Below are positions 1 through 10,114 of a stretch of DNA of 64,000 nucleotides, one piece after another. Origin of the DNA: Limnochordia bacterium (lineage in GTDB: Bacteria; Bacillota; Limnochordia; DTU080); assembly GCA_050951545.1 (NCBI GenBank), contig JBMNJG010000002.1:96001-160000 (forward strand), in the 5' to 3' direction. The notes below the pieces were generated by a model, which was given only the letters and a program-made list of their open reading frames with translations, had not been told where the DNA came from and did no database searches. The position numbers and the translations under genes were made by a program. Every line of letters starts with the position of its first letter. Position 1 is the stretch's first letter.

Positions 1-814
1 CGCTGTAGAACTCGATTTCGATCTGCCCACGGCCTTCTCGGCGCACGATGCGCACCCGTGTCCCCAGAGTCTGCTGTAGCTCTTCCTCCAGGGCGGCCAA
101 CTCAGGCGCTTGCGGCAAGCCTGCCTTACGCTTGCGCGCTGGCCGCGTCTTGGAGGCTTTCCGAGCTAGCTGCTCCACCGCTCGCACCGAGAGCCCTTCG
201 GCCATGATGCGCTCAGCCAGTTCGAGCCGCTCTTCGCTGCTCGGAACCGCTAACATTGCGCGAGCGTGCCCTGCAGAGAGCTTTCCCTGGCGTACCCCCT
301 GCTGCAGACTCTCCTCCAGCTCGAGAAGACGCATGCGATTCGCCACAGTAGAACGCTGCTTGCCCACACGGGCGGCTATCTGTTCCTGAGTCAGCCCAAA
401 CTCCTCACCCAGCCGCCGAAAAGCTTCGGCTTCCTCCATAGGGTTGAGATCCTCGCGCTGAAGGTTCTCTACCAACGCCATCTCCAGCACCTGGCGATCC
501 TCAAGATCGCGAACCAACGCTGGAATAGCCTTGAGACCCGCCAGCTGAGCCGCCCGCCAACGACGTTCACCCACTACCAACTCGTAACCTGTGCCCTTCG
601 GCCGCACAATCACTGGCTCCAAAACACCGTGCTCCCGTAAAGAGGCCGCCAGTTCTGCAAGTTGCTCCCGGGCATACTCTCGTCGCGGCTGGTCAGGATT
701 AGGAGAAATACGCGTAACCGCGATCTCGTGGACTGCCGTCTGTCCGCTATCAGCCTCAGCCGCTTGCGGGATAATCGCCGCCAGGCCACGCCCTAGTGCT
801 TTGCGTCCACTCAT
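1..814 (-). CDS. parB: ParB/Spo0J chromosome partitioning protein (3'-truncated by window edge)
   Basis: Not in ORF track because it runs off the edge. Manual translation from ATG at 814 gives MSGRKALGRGLAAIIP...GVLEPVIVRP...YELVVGERRWRAAQLAG...LVENLQREDLNPMEEA, typical of ParB. ATGA overlap with the parA stop. Confidence 0.95.
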   Translation of the reverse strand, partial: MSGRKALGRGLAAIIPQAAEADSGQTAVHEIAVTRISPNPDQPRREYAREQLAELAASLREHGVLEPVIVRPKGTGYELVVGERRWRAAQLAGLKAIPALVRDLEDRQVLEMALVENLQREDLNPMEEAEAFRRLGEEFGLTQEQIAARVGKQRSTVANRMRLLELEESLQQGVRQGKLSAGHARAMLAVPSSEERLELAERIMAEGLSVRAVEQLARKASKTRPARKRKAGLPQAPELAALEEELQQTLGTRVRIVRREGRGQIEIEFYS

Positions 815-1575
815 GCGCCTAACACCTCCGCCGCCAGTTCTTGATAGGCGAGCGCTCCTCGACACCTGTCATCGTACACATTGATGGGCTGTCCATAGCT
901 GGGCGCTTCGCTAAGGCGCACATTGCGCGGAATCACGCTTTCGAACACTCGAACCCGGCCCTCAAAGAACCCTCGCACATCATCTGCCACCTGCTGCGAC
1001 AGATTCGTACGACCATCAAACATGGTTAGCACCACGCCTTCCACCTCAAGCCCTGCGTTCACGTGCGTGCGCACCATCTCAATAGTTTGCATGAGTTGCC
1101 CCAAACCTTCTAAGGCGTAGTACTCGCACTGAATGGGAATAAGCACGCTATCTGCCGCGGCTAACCCGTTGAGGGTAAGCAAGCCCAACGACGGCGGGCA
1201 ATCCACGAGAATGTAGTCGTAGAGATCCACAACCTCCCGCATTCGCTCCCTCAATCGAAATTCCCGCGAAATGGCGCTTACCAGCTCTATTTCGGCGCCA
1301 GCAAGGGCGATTGTCGCCGGAGCTACATGCAAACCCTCTAGCAAGGTTGGCTGGATTATCTCCGACATCGCCGCGCGTTCGATAAGTACATCGTACATCG
1401 AGGCCTTAAGAGTGGCCTTCTGAATGCCGATGCCACTAGTGGCGTTGCCTTGTGGATCAAGATCGACCACGAGCACGCGCTTGCCCGCTACGCTCATGTA
1501 AGCACCCAGATTGACCGCAGTGGTGCTCTTGCCCACCCCGCCCTTCTGATTGACGACAGTAATTGTTCTACCCAT
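811..1575 (-). CDS. parA: ParA/Soj ATPase
   Basis: NQKGGVGKSTT deviant Walker A, DLDPQGNAT, DCPPSLG, IPRNVRLSEAPSYG. Start moved to ATG 1575 (MGRTITVV). Confidence 0.96.
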   Translation of the reverse strand: MGRTITVVNQKGGVGKSTTAVNLGAYMSVAGKRVLVVDLDPQGNATSGIGIQKATLKASMYDVLIERAAMSEIIQPTLLEGLHVAPATIALAGAEIELVSAISREFRLRERMREVVDLYDYILVDCPPSLGLLTLNGLAAADSVLIPIQCEYYALEGLGQLMQTIEMVRTHVNAGLEVEGVVLTMFDGRTNLSQQVADDVRGFFEGRVRVFESVIPRNVRLSEAPSYGQPINVYDDRCRGALAYQELAAEVLGA

Positions 1576-1699
1576 TGCCCAACACCTGACCCTTTTTGGG
1601 CGACCCAACCCATGCATTCCAAGCACACTTCGTGCCAGGGGAGTTTCATTCCTTCCCTTTGTCGCCGACAGCAACTCAGTCGCCAACCTAATCTACCTA

Positions 1700-2431
1700 C
1701 TAGAGGGGACGCTTCTGCGCAAGCCCCGCTCGGCGCGGGTAGGCAGGCGGTGTAGGACGGCTCTTGCGGTACCACACGAGCGTTCTACCCCCACTGCCTC
1801 CAGGCAGTTCCAGCGACGTCAGCACTGCTGGGTCAACTCCCAGCTTCCTCGCTGCCACGCGGGCTTCAGCAACCTCATCTTCCACGTCAGGGCCCTTCAT
1901 GGCTATGACACCACCACCTATCTTGACCAAGGGCACACAATACTCTAACACGACCGGAAGGCGTGACACCGCTCTGGCCACGGCTACATCGAAACTCTCA
2001 CGCGCATCAGCATCACGACCCAGATCTTCAGCCCGCAAATGCAGACAACGCACTCCTTTAAGCTGCAGCTCAGCAAGCACTTCTTCCACGAAACTGACCC
2101 GCTTACGCAATGCATCCGCCAGTACCCATCTGACATCGGGACGCAAAATGGCCAGGGGCACCCCTGGAAAACCAGCACCAGTGCCCACATCCACAGCGCG
2201 ACAACCGGAGGGCCATGAACCTACGCCCAGACAGGTAAAGGAGTCCGTGAAGTGCTTCAGTGCTATCTCCTCAGGCTGCACGAGAGTCGTCAGATTCAGC
2301 TCTTTGTTCCGATTCACCAACATGTCGGCAAAGTGCGCACACTGCTCCATCTGCCGCCCAGACAGCTCTATCTCCATCTGTCTTGCTGCCTGCGTCAAGG
2401 TCTCCACAAAGATACTCTGCATACTCGTCAC
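1700..2431 (-). CDS. rsmG: 16S rRNA m7G527 methyltransferase RsmG (GidB)
   Basis: NLT..KHFTDS, DVGTGAGFPG, VARAV, YPRRAG motifs; synteny after mnmG. Confidence 0.95.
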   Translation of the reverse strand: MTSMQSIFVETLTQAARQMEIELSGRQMEQCAHFADMLVNRNKELNLTTLVQPEEIALKHFTDSFTCLGVGSWPSGCRAVDVGTGAGFPGVPLAILRPDVRWVLADALRKRVSFVEEVLAELQLKGVRCLHLRAEDLGRDADARESFDVAVARAVSRLPVVLEYCVPLVKIGGGVIAMKGPDVEDEVAEARVAARKLGVDPAVLTSLELPGGSGGRTLVWYRKSRPTPPAYPRRAGLAQKRPL

Positions 2432-4320
2432 TCCACTACCTTTCGCCCTTGCCGACGTCTACTCTCCAAATGAACCAAGAGCACCGCAACGTCTGCAGGT
2501 GAGACGCCCGGAATGCGAGCAGCTTGCCCGAGCGTTTGGGGTCGCACTCGCTCCAGTTTCTCACGCGCCTCACGGGCCAGCCCACCGATCTCGCTGTAGG
2601 TGATGCTGTCTGGAAGATGCCTGTCCTCCATACGTTTTTGAGCCGCGACCTGCCGCTCTTGCCGCCCGATATAGCCCGCATAGCGCAGATCATTCTCGAC
2701 CCCAGCCACGATCTGCTCGTCCAAAGGTGTGCGCTGCGGATCGAACACTGCCACTTTTTCATAGGAAAGCTCCGGACGACGCAGCAGTTCCTTAAGGTTG
2801 CTCGGCCGCGCTAGAGGAACCGACCCTAAAGTCTGTAGCTGGGCCTTAGTCGTTTCGTTCGCTGGCACCTCTACGGCCTCCAGTCGATCCTTCTCCGCCT
2901 TGATCTCTTCTAGTTTTCTCTCGAAGGAAGCAAAGCGCTCGGCACTGATCAAGCCTAAGGCATGCCCCAGCGGAGTCAGCCTGCGGTCTGCGGTATCCTC
3001 CCGCAAGAGCAATCGGTACTCAGCGCGCGAGGTCATCATCCGATAGGGCTCGCCTGTACCCTTAGAAACCAAGTCATCAATCAGCACGCCGATATACGCT
3101 TGCGAGCGATCCAAGATCACAGGCTCCTCATTCCGGACATGACGAGCCGCGTTGATACCAGCTATCAGTCCCTGCGCCGCCGCCTCTTCGTAGCCTGTAG
3201 TGCCATTGATCTGCCCCGCAGCGAAAAGACCGCCTACCTTCTTCAGTTGAAGTGACCGCTCAAGCTCGAGTGGATCGAGGCAGTCATACTCGATAGCGTA
3301 GCCGCAGCGAGTAAACTCCACATGCTCCAACCCAAAAATCGTTCGCACAAACTCTATCTGCACAGCCTCCGGCAGACTGGTCGACAGCCCTGCCAGATAC
3401 GCCTCATGCGTGTGTACACCCTCAGGCTCTATGAAGACCAGATGCCGATCCCTCTGAGGAAACATGACCAGTTTGGCTTCGATAGACGGGCAGTAGCGAG
3501 GTCCGGGACCCTGAATGGCACCACTGTACATCGCCGACTGATGTAGGTGAGCTCTTATGACCGCGTGCGTCCGGGCATTGGTGTGCGTCACCCAGCAAGG
3601 AAATTGGGGACGCTCAGAAGGTCCCGTTTCAAAGGAGAAACCGTAGCGTAGCTGTTCTCCCTCCAAACGCTCAAGACGCGACTTATCGAGCGAACGAACG
3701 TGCACCCGCGGTGGCGTGCCAGTCTTGAAACGCATCACCCGAAGACCAAGTCGGCGCATAGTCTGCCCCAACTCGTCCGCCCCTCGTTGCCCACGAGGCC
3801 CTGCGGCGAAACTGCGATCGCCCACATGCACGCGACTAGCCAGATAAGGTCCCATACACCAGATGACCGCAGACGCCCCATAACGCCGCCCCAACTGAGT
3901 CTCCACACCCCGTACGCACCCCTCGTCCACGACGACATCGACCACTGATGCCTCGACAAGGCGCAATCGCTCCTGATTCGCCAGCGTACGCAGCATACGC
4001 ATGTGATACAGGCTGCGATCCACCTGAGCCCGCAAGCTCTGCACCGCTGGACCTTTGCTCGTATTCAGCAACCGCACCTGAATGGCCGTTGCATCAATGC
4101 AGCGTGCCATCTCCCCACCCAAAGCGTCAATCTCTCGTACAAGATGACCTTTGCCGGGTCCGCCAATGGAAGGGTTGCATGGCATCAGGGCCACGTTCTC
4201 TAGACTCAGGCTAAACATGACGACATGCATCCCCAGGCGTGCCGCGGCTAGCGCTGCTTCACACCCCGCATGGCCCGCTCCTACGACGATCACGTCACAT
4301 GTCTCATCAAAGATCATCAC
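2428..4320 (-). CDS. mnmG: tRNA uridine-5-carboxymethylaminomethyl modification enzyme MnmG (GidA)
   Basis: GAGHAGCEAA, MPCNPSIGG, RFKTGTPPR, GPRYCPSIE, GQINGTTGYEEAAAQG. Confidence 0.98.
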   Translation of the reverse strand: MMIFDETCDVIVVGAGHAGCEAALAAARLGMHVVMFSLSLENVALMPCNPSIGGPGKGHLVREIDALGGEMARCIDATAIQVRLLNTSKGPAVQSLRAQVDRSLYHMRMLRTLANQERLRLVEASVVDVVVDEGCVRGVETQLGRRYGASAVIWCMGPYLASRVHVGDRSFAAGPRGQRGADELGQTMRRLGLRVMRFKTGTPPRVHVRSLDKSRLERLEGEQLRYGFSFETGPSERPQFPCWVTHTNARTHAVIRAHLHQSAMYSGAIQGPGPRYCPSIEAKLVMFPQRDRHLVFIEPEGVHTHEAYLAGLSTSLPEAVQIEFVRTIFGLEHVEFTRCGYAIEYDCLDPLELERSLQLKKVGGLFAAGQINGTTGYEEAAAQGLIAGINAARHVRNEEPVILDRSQAYIGVLIDDLVSKGTGEPYRMMTSRAEYRLLLREDTADRRLTPLGHALGLISAERFASFERKLEEIKAEKDRLEAVEVPANETTKAQLQTLGSVPLARPSNLKELLRRPELSYEKVAVFDPQRTPLDEQIVAGVENDLRYAGYIGRQERQVAAQKRMEDRHLPDSITYSEIGGLAREAREKLERVRPQTLGQAARIPGVSPADVAVLLVHLESRRRQGRKVVE

Positions 4321-4351
4321 GTCACTTTCACCACCACTGGCAGACTGCTGC

Positions 4352-5716
4352 TCACTTGCCTACGCAAAACTGCCGAAAGATCTCGCTGACTACCTCTTCG
4401 GGCGTCGTCTCTCCGGTCAGCTCCCCCAAATGCCACAGTGCATCCTCCAGGTCCACGCCCAGGCAATCCGCTGTGACACCCTCAGCAACCCCAGACACAA
4501 TGCGCTGCAAGGCATCAGCCGTCGCCTGTAACGCACCGACCTGGCGTGCACGCGTCAGCAGCGACTCTTTGTTCTCGCTGACATCCGCTGCCTCTACCAT
4601 GGCTTCTTCCAGAGCGCCTAGCCCGCTGCCAGTAAGGGCACTAACCGCTACCACGCGTCGCCCTCCGAATGGCTCTAGCTCGACTCGCTGGGGGCGATCA
4701 CTTTTGTTCAAGACGACGAGACTGTCCCGCTTTCCTAACATGCGCAAGACGTGCTGATCCTCGCCCCGCAGGGATTCGGAGCTGTCGAAAACACCCAGCA
4801 AAAGGTCCGCCTCAGCTGCTCTACGCATGGTGCGCTTGATTCCTTCTTTTTCCACAGGATCCGAAGTCTGGCCCACGCCCGCCGTGTCACTCAAGCGGAA
4901 GGCCACCCCAGCGATTTCACAACTCTCTTCAATCACATCTCTTGTGGTACCCGCCACCGCTGTCACAATGGCCCGGGGAGTGCGCAGCAACGCATTCATC
5001 AGACTCGACTTCCCTACATTAGTACGTCCAATAAGAACCGTGTCTACGCCTTCACGCACGCGTATCCCTAGCCGAGCTTCAGCCAGTAGGCTGCGGATCT
5101 CCTCCAGAATATCCCTCAACTGCTCCATCCACGCAGTTGGTGCCACCTCGGGCACTTCGTCAGGATAGTCAATCGACGCGTGTACATGAGCTAGAAAGCT
5201 GAGCAAACCCTGACGCATAGCCATGACTCTCTGCGACAACGCTCCCTCAACCTGTCGCGCGGCGAGAGCTCCTGCTCTTTCAGAGCGAGCATACAAAAGA
5301 TCGGACACCGCCTCTACCTGGACCAGATCGAGCTTGCCGTTGACGAACGCCCGCTTCGTGAACTCCCCGGGCCCCGCAGCCCGGGCCCCGGCAGTGATCA
5401 GGGCCCCGAGCACCGCCCGCAAGACCACAGGGCTCCCATGACAATGGAACTCCACGACGTCGTCCCCCGTATAGCTGCGTGGACCTCGCATCACCACCAC
5501 GAGAGCGTGGTCAAGAATGCGGTTTGGCGAATCCACGAGCATGCCATAGAGCATTTTGTGCGATTCTGCCTCGCATAAACGCACACCGCTCCGACTGCGA
5601 AAGAGGCGATCGGCGATCTCGACGGCATCAGGACCACTAAGACGTACTACACCCACCGCTGCCACCCCCGCACCTGTGGCAATCGCCGCGATCGTATCTG
5701 CCAGCATCTCCTTCAC
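4352..5716 (-). CDS. mnmE: tRNA modification GTPase MnmE (TrmE)
   Basis: DTIAAIAT, GEFTKRAF, GRTNVGKSS, GTTRD, DTAG, NKSD, C-terminal FCVGK. Confidence 0.98.
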   Translation of the reverse strand: MKEMLADTIAAIATGAGVAAVGVVRLSGPDAVEIADRLFRSRSGVRLCEAESHKMLYGMLVDSPNRILDHALVVVMRGPRSYTGDDVVEFHCHGSPVVLRAVLGALITAGARAAGPGEFTKRAFVNGKLDLVQVEAVSDLLYARSERAGALAARQVEGALSQRVMAMRQGLLSFLAHVHASIDYPDEVPEVAPTAWMEQLRDILEEIRSLLAEARLGIRVREGVDTVLIGRTNVGKSSLMNALLRTPRAIVTAVAGTTRDVIEESCEIAGVAFRLSDTAGVGQTSDPVEKEGIKRTMRRAAEADLLLGVFDSSESLRGEDQHVLRMLGKRDSLVVLNKSDRPQRVELEPFGGRRVVAVSALTGSGLGALEEAMVEAADVSENKESLLTRARQVGALQATADALQRIVSGVAEGVTADCLGVDLEDALWHLGELTGETTPEEVVSEIFRQFCVGK

Positions 5717-5729
5717 GCCCCTCTATGTG

Positions 5730-5755
5730 AAAAGACCCCGGGTTGCGGGGTCTTT
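5730..5755 (-). terminator. Intrinsic terminator between jag and mnmE
   Basis: Minus strand AAAGACCCCG-CAACC-CGGGGTCTTTT hairpin with U-tract. Confidence 0.7.
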
Positions 5756-5780
5756 CTCTCGCGTGATATATCCTTCTCAA

Positions 5781-6422
5781 CTACGAACGCCGCTTTGGCA
5801 CAATGACCACACGGCGGTACGGATCATCACCTTCACTATGCGTATCGATCTCCTCATCGTCGGCCAGCGCCATGTGAACGATACGTCTTTCCATGGCGTT
5901 CATAGGCTCAAGCGCAGTTCGCCGACGCTGCGCCTTAGCTCGCCCAGCCATCCGCAGAGCCAGCTCCTGCAAGGTGTTCTCTCTCCGTTGACGGTATCCA
6001 GCAGCATCCAGGACGAAGCGCACCCACTCGCCTTCGCCCTGCCTGTTGACAACGGAATTCACGAGACTCTGCAGAGCATCTAGCATCTGGCCTCTTCGAC
6101 CGATAATCAGACCGAGGTTTTCGCCACTGAACTCGACATACACAGTCTCCTCCGAACCCATAGAGTACTCCACGGAAGCCTGATTGCCGAGAAGCTCAAG
6201 CAGCCCCTTCAGAAAGGCTAACGCTGCCTCGGTTTTCTCCTGTCGCACATCCTTGACACTCACTCGGACTCGCGCCTGTTTGTTACCGATGATTCCCAGA
6301 AAACCCTTACTACCTTCGTCGAGTATCTCTATCTCAACCTGATCCCTATCTACGCCAAGCTCATCTACTGCCGCCTCAACCGCCTCTTCAACGGTCCGAC
6401 CGCCTTTTTCCACCCACTTCAT
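5781..6422 (-). CDS. jag: RNA-binding protein Jag/KhpB/EloR (Jag_N-KH-R3H)
   Basis: GRTVEEAV, KGFLG, IIGRRGQMLDALQ, MNAMERRIVH, SEGDDPYR. Start ATG 6422 overlaps the yidC stop. Confidence 0.95.
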   Translation of the reverse strand: MKWVEKGGRTVEEAVEAAVDELGVDRDQVEIEILDEGSKGFLGIIGNKQARVRVSVKDVRQEKTEAALAFLKGLLELLGNQASVEYSMGSEETVYVEFSGENLGLIIGRRGQMLDALQSLVNSVVNRQGEGEWVRFVLDAAGYRQRRENTLQELALRMAGRAKAQRRRTALEPMNAMERRIVHMALADDEEIDTHSEGDDPYRRVVIVPKRRS

Positions 6423-7081
6423 TTGACCTCGCTTCCTCCTTGTCCCAGGCCAGGCTGCCGTGAAATCCACGTCTGCTGGGCGATAGTCCACAGATTACTG
6501 ACTATCCAATAAAGCACCAAGCCCGCTGGGAACGACAAGCTTATCCAGGTGATGAATATGGGCATGAACACCAGCATGCTTTTCTGAGACGGGTCCGTGG
6601 CCGTCGTCGCCATCTGCCAATAGGTGGTAAGACCCGACAGGATCGGCAACACATACATCGGGTCTTTCACCGCTAGGTCCCAGAACAGGAAAAGGGACAC
6701 AAACGGACGCGTAAAAGCCTCTGGGGCAATGCCATTCGGAAAATCACGTAACACGCCAAACAAGGCCCACAGAAAAGGCAACTGCACCAGAAGTGGCAGA
6801 CACCCGGATAGCGGATTCACTCCATGCTCTTTGTACAGCTCCATCATTCGGCGCTGGTATTCCTCCGGCTTGTCTTTGTACTTCTCTTCAAGCGCCTTCA
6901 CTTTGGGCTGCAGTTCCTTCATCGCCGCCATGGATCGTGTTTGGCTTAGGGTGAGTGGAAGCAGCACCAAACGGATTAGCACCGTCAGAATAATGATGGC
7001 GATGCCATGATTTCCGGTCAGGTTATACAGCATGACCAGCGTTTGCCTCATGACATTGCCTATTAAGCCCATTACCGCCAA
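6419..7081 (-). CDS. yidC: Membrane protein insertase YidC/SpoIIIJ (short form)
   Basis: GIAIIILTVLIR, LQPK, NPLSGCLPLLVQLP, PAGLVLYW; synteny. Confidence 0.95.
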   Translation of the reverse strand: MAVMGLIGNVMRQTLVMLYNLTGNHGIAIIILTVLIRLVLLPLTLSQTRSMAAMKELQPKVKALEEKYKDKPEEYQRRMMELYKEHGVNPLSGCLPLLVQLPFLWALFGVLRDFPNGIAPEAFTRPFVSLFLFWDLAVKDPMYVLPILSGLTTYWQMATTATDPSQKSMLVFMPIFITWISLSFPAGLVLYWIVSNLWTIAQQTWISRQPGLGQGGSEVK

Positions 7082-7135
7082 ACAACCCGCCTCCTATTCC
7101 TGACCCCGCCATGACTCTGCCGGAACCCAGCTATT

Positions 7136-7348
7136 TCAACTGACAGGATCATACCCACCGGGGTGCCATGGGTGACAGCGCAACACCCTCCGCATAGCCA
7201 TGTAGGATCCCTGGCGAGCGCCATACTTCCGTATGGCCTCCGCGGCATATGCGGAACACGTAGGATAGTATCTGCATGATCGCGGCAACGCGGGTGAGAG
7301 CACCTTTTGGTACAGGCCTATCAACACAAGCAGTAACCGACCCACCAT
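7136..7348 (-). CDS. yidD: Membrane protein insertion efficiency factor YidD
   Basis: CRYYPTCSAY...RCHPWHPGGYDPV. Confidence 0.96.
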   Translation of the reverse strand: MVGRLLLVLIGLYQKVLSPALPRSCRYYPTCSAYAAEAIRKYGARQGSYMAMRRVLRCHPWHPGGYDPVS

Positions 7349-7388
7349 GTCCGCTCTCCCCTCGCACTGCTGTCACCGATAACGACTA

Positions 7389-7736
7389 TCATCTTTTCTG
7401 ACTGGTCGCTAACACACCGACCCGCGCCAACACATTTTCCAAGCCCTGCGACAGATCTCGAAACTCAGCGTCCCTAGCCACCACCCGGGCGGTAATCACC
7501 ACATCATAGCCGCTAAGCAATCTCTCGCTGAGGCTCCGCGTGACCTCGCGCAACCGACGCTTCACGCGATTGCGTGTCACCGCATTGCCAACCTTCTTGC
7601 TCACAGAGAACCCCAAGCGAGTTTCCCGACAACCGTTCGACCGGGCATGTACCACCGTGTACTGACCTCTGGCCACTCGACCATGTCTGTAGCACATCGC
7701 AAAGTCTTGCGGCCTACGCAGCCGTTGTATCGCCAC
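7389..7736 (-). CDS. rnpA: Ribonuclease P protein component
   Basis: RLGFSVSKKVGNAVTRNRVKRRLRE (RNR motif). Confidence 0.96.
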   Translation of the reverse strand: MAIQRLRRPQDFAMCYRHGRVARGQYTVVHARSNGCRETRLGFSVSKKVGNAVTRNRVKRRLREVTRSLSERLLSGYDVVITARVVARDAEFRDLSQGLENVLARVGVLATSQKR

Positions 7737-7819
7737 TACATATCCCCCAGAAACCGGTCAAGGGCCGCACCGCCTGGCGCCGACCCCAACTTACACCGTC
7801 CACCAAGGTCTTTGGACCG

Positions 7820-7960
7820 CTACGCAGAGACACTGATGCGCTTGCGACCCTTGACCCGCCGACGTGCCAATACCGCCCGGCCGCCTGGTGTCATCATCCG
7901 TGTTCGAAAACCGTGCCTCCGCAGCCTTCTGCGTCTGCTAGGTTGAAAAGTGCGCTTCAC
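7820..7960 (-). CDS. rpmH: 50S ribosomal protein L34
   Basis: Manual translation from GTG 7960: [46 protein letters not shown] (46 aa; below ORF-track cutoff). Confidence 0.96.
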   Translation of the reverse strand: MKRTFQPSRRRRLRRHGFRTRMMTPGGRAVLARRRVKGRKRISVSA

Positions 7961-8026
7961 TCGCTTACCCCCCCAAAAAGATCGATCATCCGACTCAACA
8001 CGCTTAGTCTTCGGCGCGTCCTTCCG

Positions 8027-8056
8027 ATTATAGCTTAGTCACTGGGGCTCAGGCAA
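8027..8056 (-). promoter_or_regulatory. Putative sigmaA promoter of rpmH
   Basis: Minus strand TTGCCT-N18-TATAAT. Confidence 0.55.
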
Positions 8057-8083
8057 CAACACTCTCTCTTGACCACCGCACTA

Positions 8084-9532
8084 TCAGTAAGCCCGAGCGT
8101 ACCAGACCGAATGCTTGGCCTCCTCGCCGCATACCGCGCAACGCTCCATTTTCTCAGGAGGCGCAAACGGGATATTGCGCGCCGTAGCCTTAGTCTTCTC
8201 TTTGATGGCTTGCTCGCACTCTAGTTGACCACACCAGCCTGCCAGAACGAACCCTCCGGGTCCGGAAATGGTCTCCGCCAAGGCGGGCAGCGTCGCGGCC
8301 ACATGGGAATGATCATGCAGGAATTGAGAAGCCGCCGACAGCATCTGTGCTTGCACCTTGCCGAGCAAGTCCTCAATACTCGACACCAACCCATCCTGAG
8401 AGAGCACAGACTTCTCGCCAGTATCGCGCCGAACAACCACCACTTGATTGTTCTCCACGTCACGTGGGCCCAGCTCCACACGAAGTGGCACGCCTCGCAA
8501 TTCGTACTCGTTAAACTTCCAGCCTGGGCTGAACTCCTCACGCGTGTCAGCCTGCACGCGCAATCCGGCTTTTTTCAGCATCGCGAACAGATTGTCAAAA
8601 CGCTCGAGCACCATGGCTCGCGTCTTCAGCGGACCGACAGGTATGCAGACCACTTGGACTGGTGCCAGGCGTGGAGGTAGCTTCAAACCCCGATCATCAC
8701 CATGCGCCATCACCACTGCACCAATAAGGCGAGTAGAAACCCCCCATGAAGTGGTGTGGACATACTTCAGCGTGTTATCGCTGTCCAGAAACTGGATATC
8801 AAAGCCCCGAGCAAAATTCTCGCCTAGATAATGCGAAGTCCCCGCCTGCAATGCCCAGCCATCCTTCATCATGGCCTCAATGGAGAAGGTATCGACGGCC
8901 CCGGCGAATTTCTCGCTCGGCGTCTTCTGTCCTTTGATGACTGGTAGCGCCAGCTCATTCCGCACAAACTCGTCATAGACGTCTAGCATGCGCATGGTCT
9001 CTGCTCGCGCCTCTTCTTCCGTGGCATGAGCAGTATGTCCTTCCTGCCAGAGAAACTCAGAGGTACGCAAAAAGGGCAACGTGCGCTTCTCCCAACGTAC
9101 CACATTGGCCCACTGGTTGATGAGCACGGGCAGGTCGCGGTAACTTTGGATCCAACGCTGATACATGTGTCCGATAATAGTCTCTGACGTAGGCCTGATA
9201 GCCAAACGCTCTTCTAGCTTTTCCCCTCCAACTTCAGTTACCCATGGAAGCTCCGGATTGAAGCCTTCTACGTGCTCTTTCTCTTTCTGAAAGAAGCTCT
9301 CCGGGATAAAAAGCGGAAAGTAGGCATTGCGATGGCCTGTCTCTTTGAAACGCTTATCTAGGCCCTGCTGCATCCTCTCCCAGAGCTCGTAACCGTCAGG
9401 GCGAAACACAATGCAACCCCGCACAGGAGAGTAATCCATCAGTTCTGCTCGGCGGATGGTATCAATATACCAACGAGAGAAATCCACGCTTTGCGGCGTG
9501 ATCTCCTGAGAGTACTCCTTTTCAGAAGGCAC
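8084..9532 (-). CDS. proS: Proline--tRNA ligase, archaeal/eukaryote-like (family III) type
   Basis: RPTSET, QWANVVRWE, FLRTSEFLWQEGHTAH, QAGTSHYLG, C-terminal zinc-like domain ending ARAY, no INS editing domain. GTG start 9532 after AAGGAGG. Confidence 0.96.
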   Translation of the reverse strand: MPSEKEYSQEITPQSVDFSRWYIDTIRRAELMDYSPVRGCIVFRPDGYELWERMQQGLDKRFKETGHRNAYFPLFIPESFFQKEKEHVEGFNPELPWVTEVGGEKLEERLAIRPTSETIIGHMYQRWIQSYRDLPVLINQWANVVRWEKRTLPFLRTSEFLWQEGHTAHATEEEARAETMRMLDVYDEFVRNELALPVIKGQKTPSEKFAGAVDTFSIEAMMKDGWALQAGTSHYLGENFARGFDIQFLDSDNTLKYVHTTSWGVSTRLIGAVVMAHGDDRGLKLPPRLAPVQVVCIPVGPLKTRAMVLERFDNLFAMLKKAGLRVQADTREEFSPGWKFNEYELRGVPLRVELGPRDVENNQVVVVRRDTGEKSVLSQDGLVSSIEDLLGKVQAQMLSAASQFLHDHSHVAATLPALAETISGPGGFVLAGWCGQLECEQAIKEKTKATARNIPFAPPEKMERCAVCGEEAKHSVWYARAY

Positions 9533-9577
9533 TAAGCCTTCCTCCTTCACTGGGCGCGGGTACTGCAGGAGTCCAAG

Positions 9578-9975
9578 CTATCCACACCGCTCCCCACGCT
9601 TTTTGGCCCCTCTAAGGGCTGGTATGGCAATTGCAGGTTAGCAGACATCTCGGGGATCTGTCAACCAGGCGATCGGCCTATCCAATCAACAGTATCCACA
9701 GCCTGTGTATAACCTTGTGCATAAGCTGCGAGAAAAAAACACCCAGTCTGGCATATTAGGCAGTCGGCCTGGATAAAATGTGGATAAACCGTGGAAAGCT
9801 GAGGAAGGCTGTTTCACTCCCCCGCAAAGAAACCCTCAATGATGGGCTCTTTCGCTGTGAATAGTATCCACAGGGGGCTGTGGAGATCTAATCATGTCTC
9901 ACATCCTCTTTTCGCCTACACAGCGGTCAACCCGCTGGACAATCCCTGTGGATAACTTGTGGATTGTGTGCATAC
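9578..9975. other. oriC, upstream DnaA-box cluster
   Basis: Perfect TTATNCACA boxes at 9704-9712, 9716-9724, 9779-9787 and 9947-9955. Near-perfect boxes at 9578-9586, 9692-9700, 9864-9872 and 9958-9975. Confidence 0.9.
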
Positions 9976-10114
9976 TCCTGAGGTCAAGCCGCTGAACCCG
10001 GGGCAGGAGATGCAGAAAACCCTGTAGAATACGAGCCTGCTGCTGGACTACCGAGCGCGTTCACTTTCCGGACGAACATGCTCCGGATGTCCAGTTTCCT
10101 ATCAAGAAGGGAGG

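Noticed and set aside
1764-2603. Long antisense ORFs (e.g. 1764-2603, 33205-33918, 41816-42568, 61876-62763)
   Set aside because: Shadow frames opposite well-supported genes in GC-rich DNA, with no motifs or RBS.
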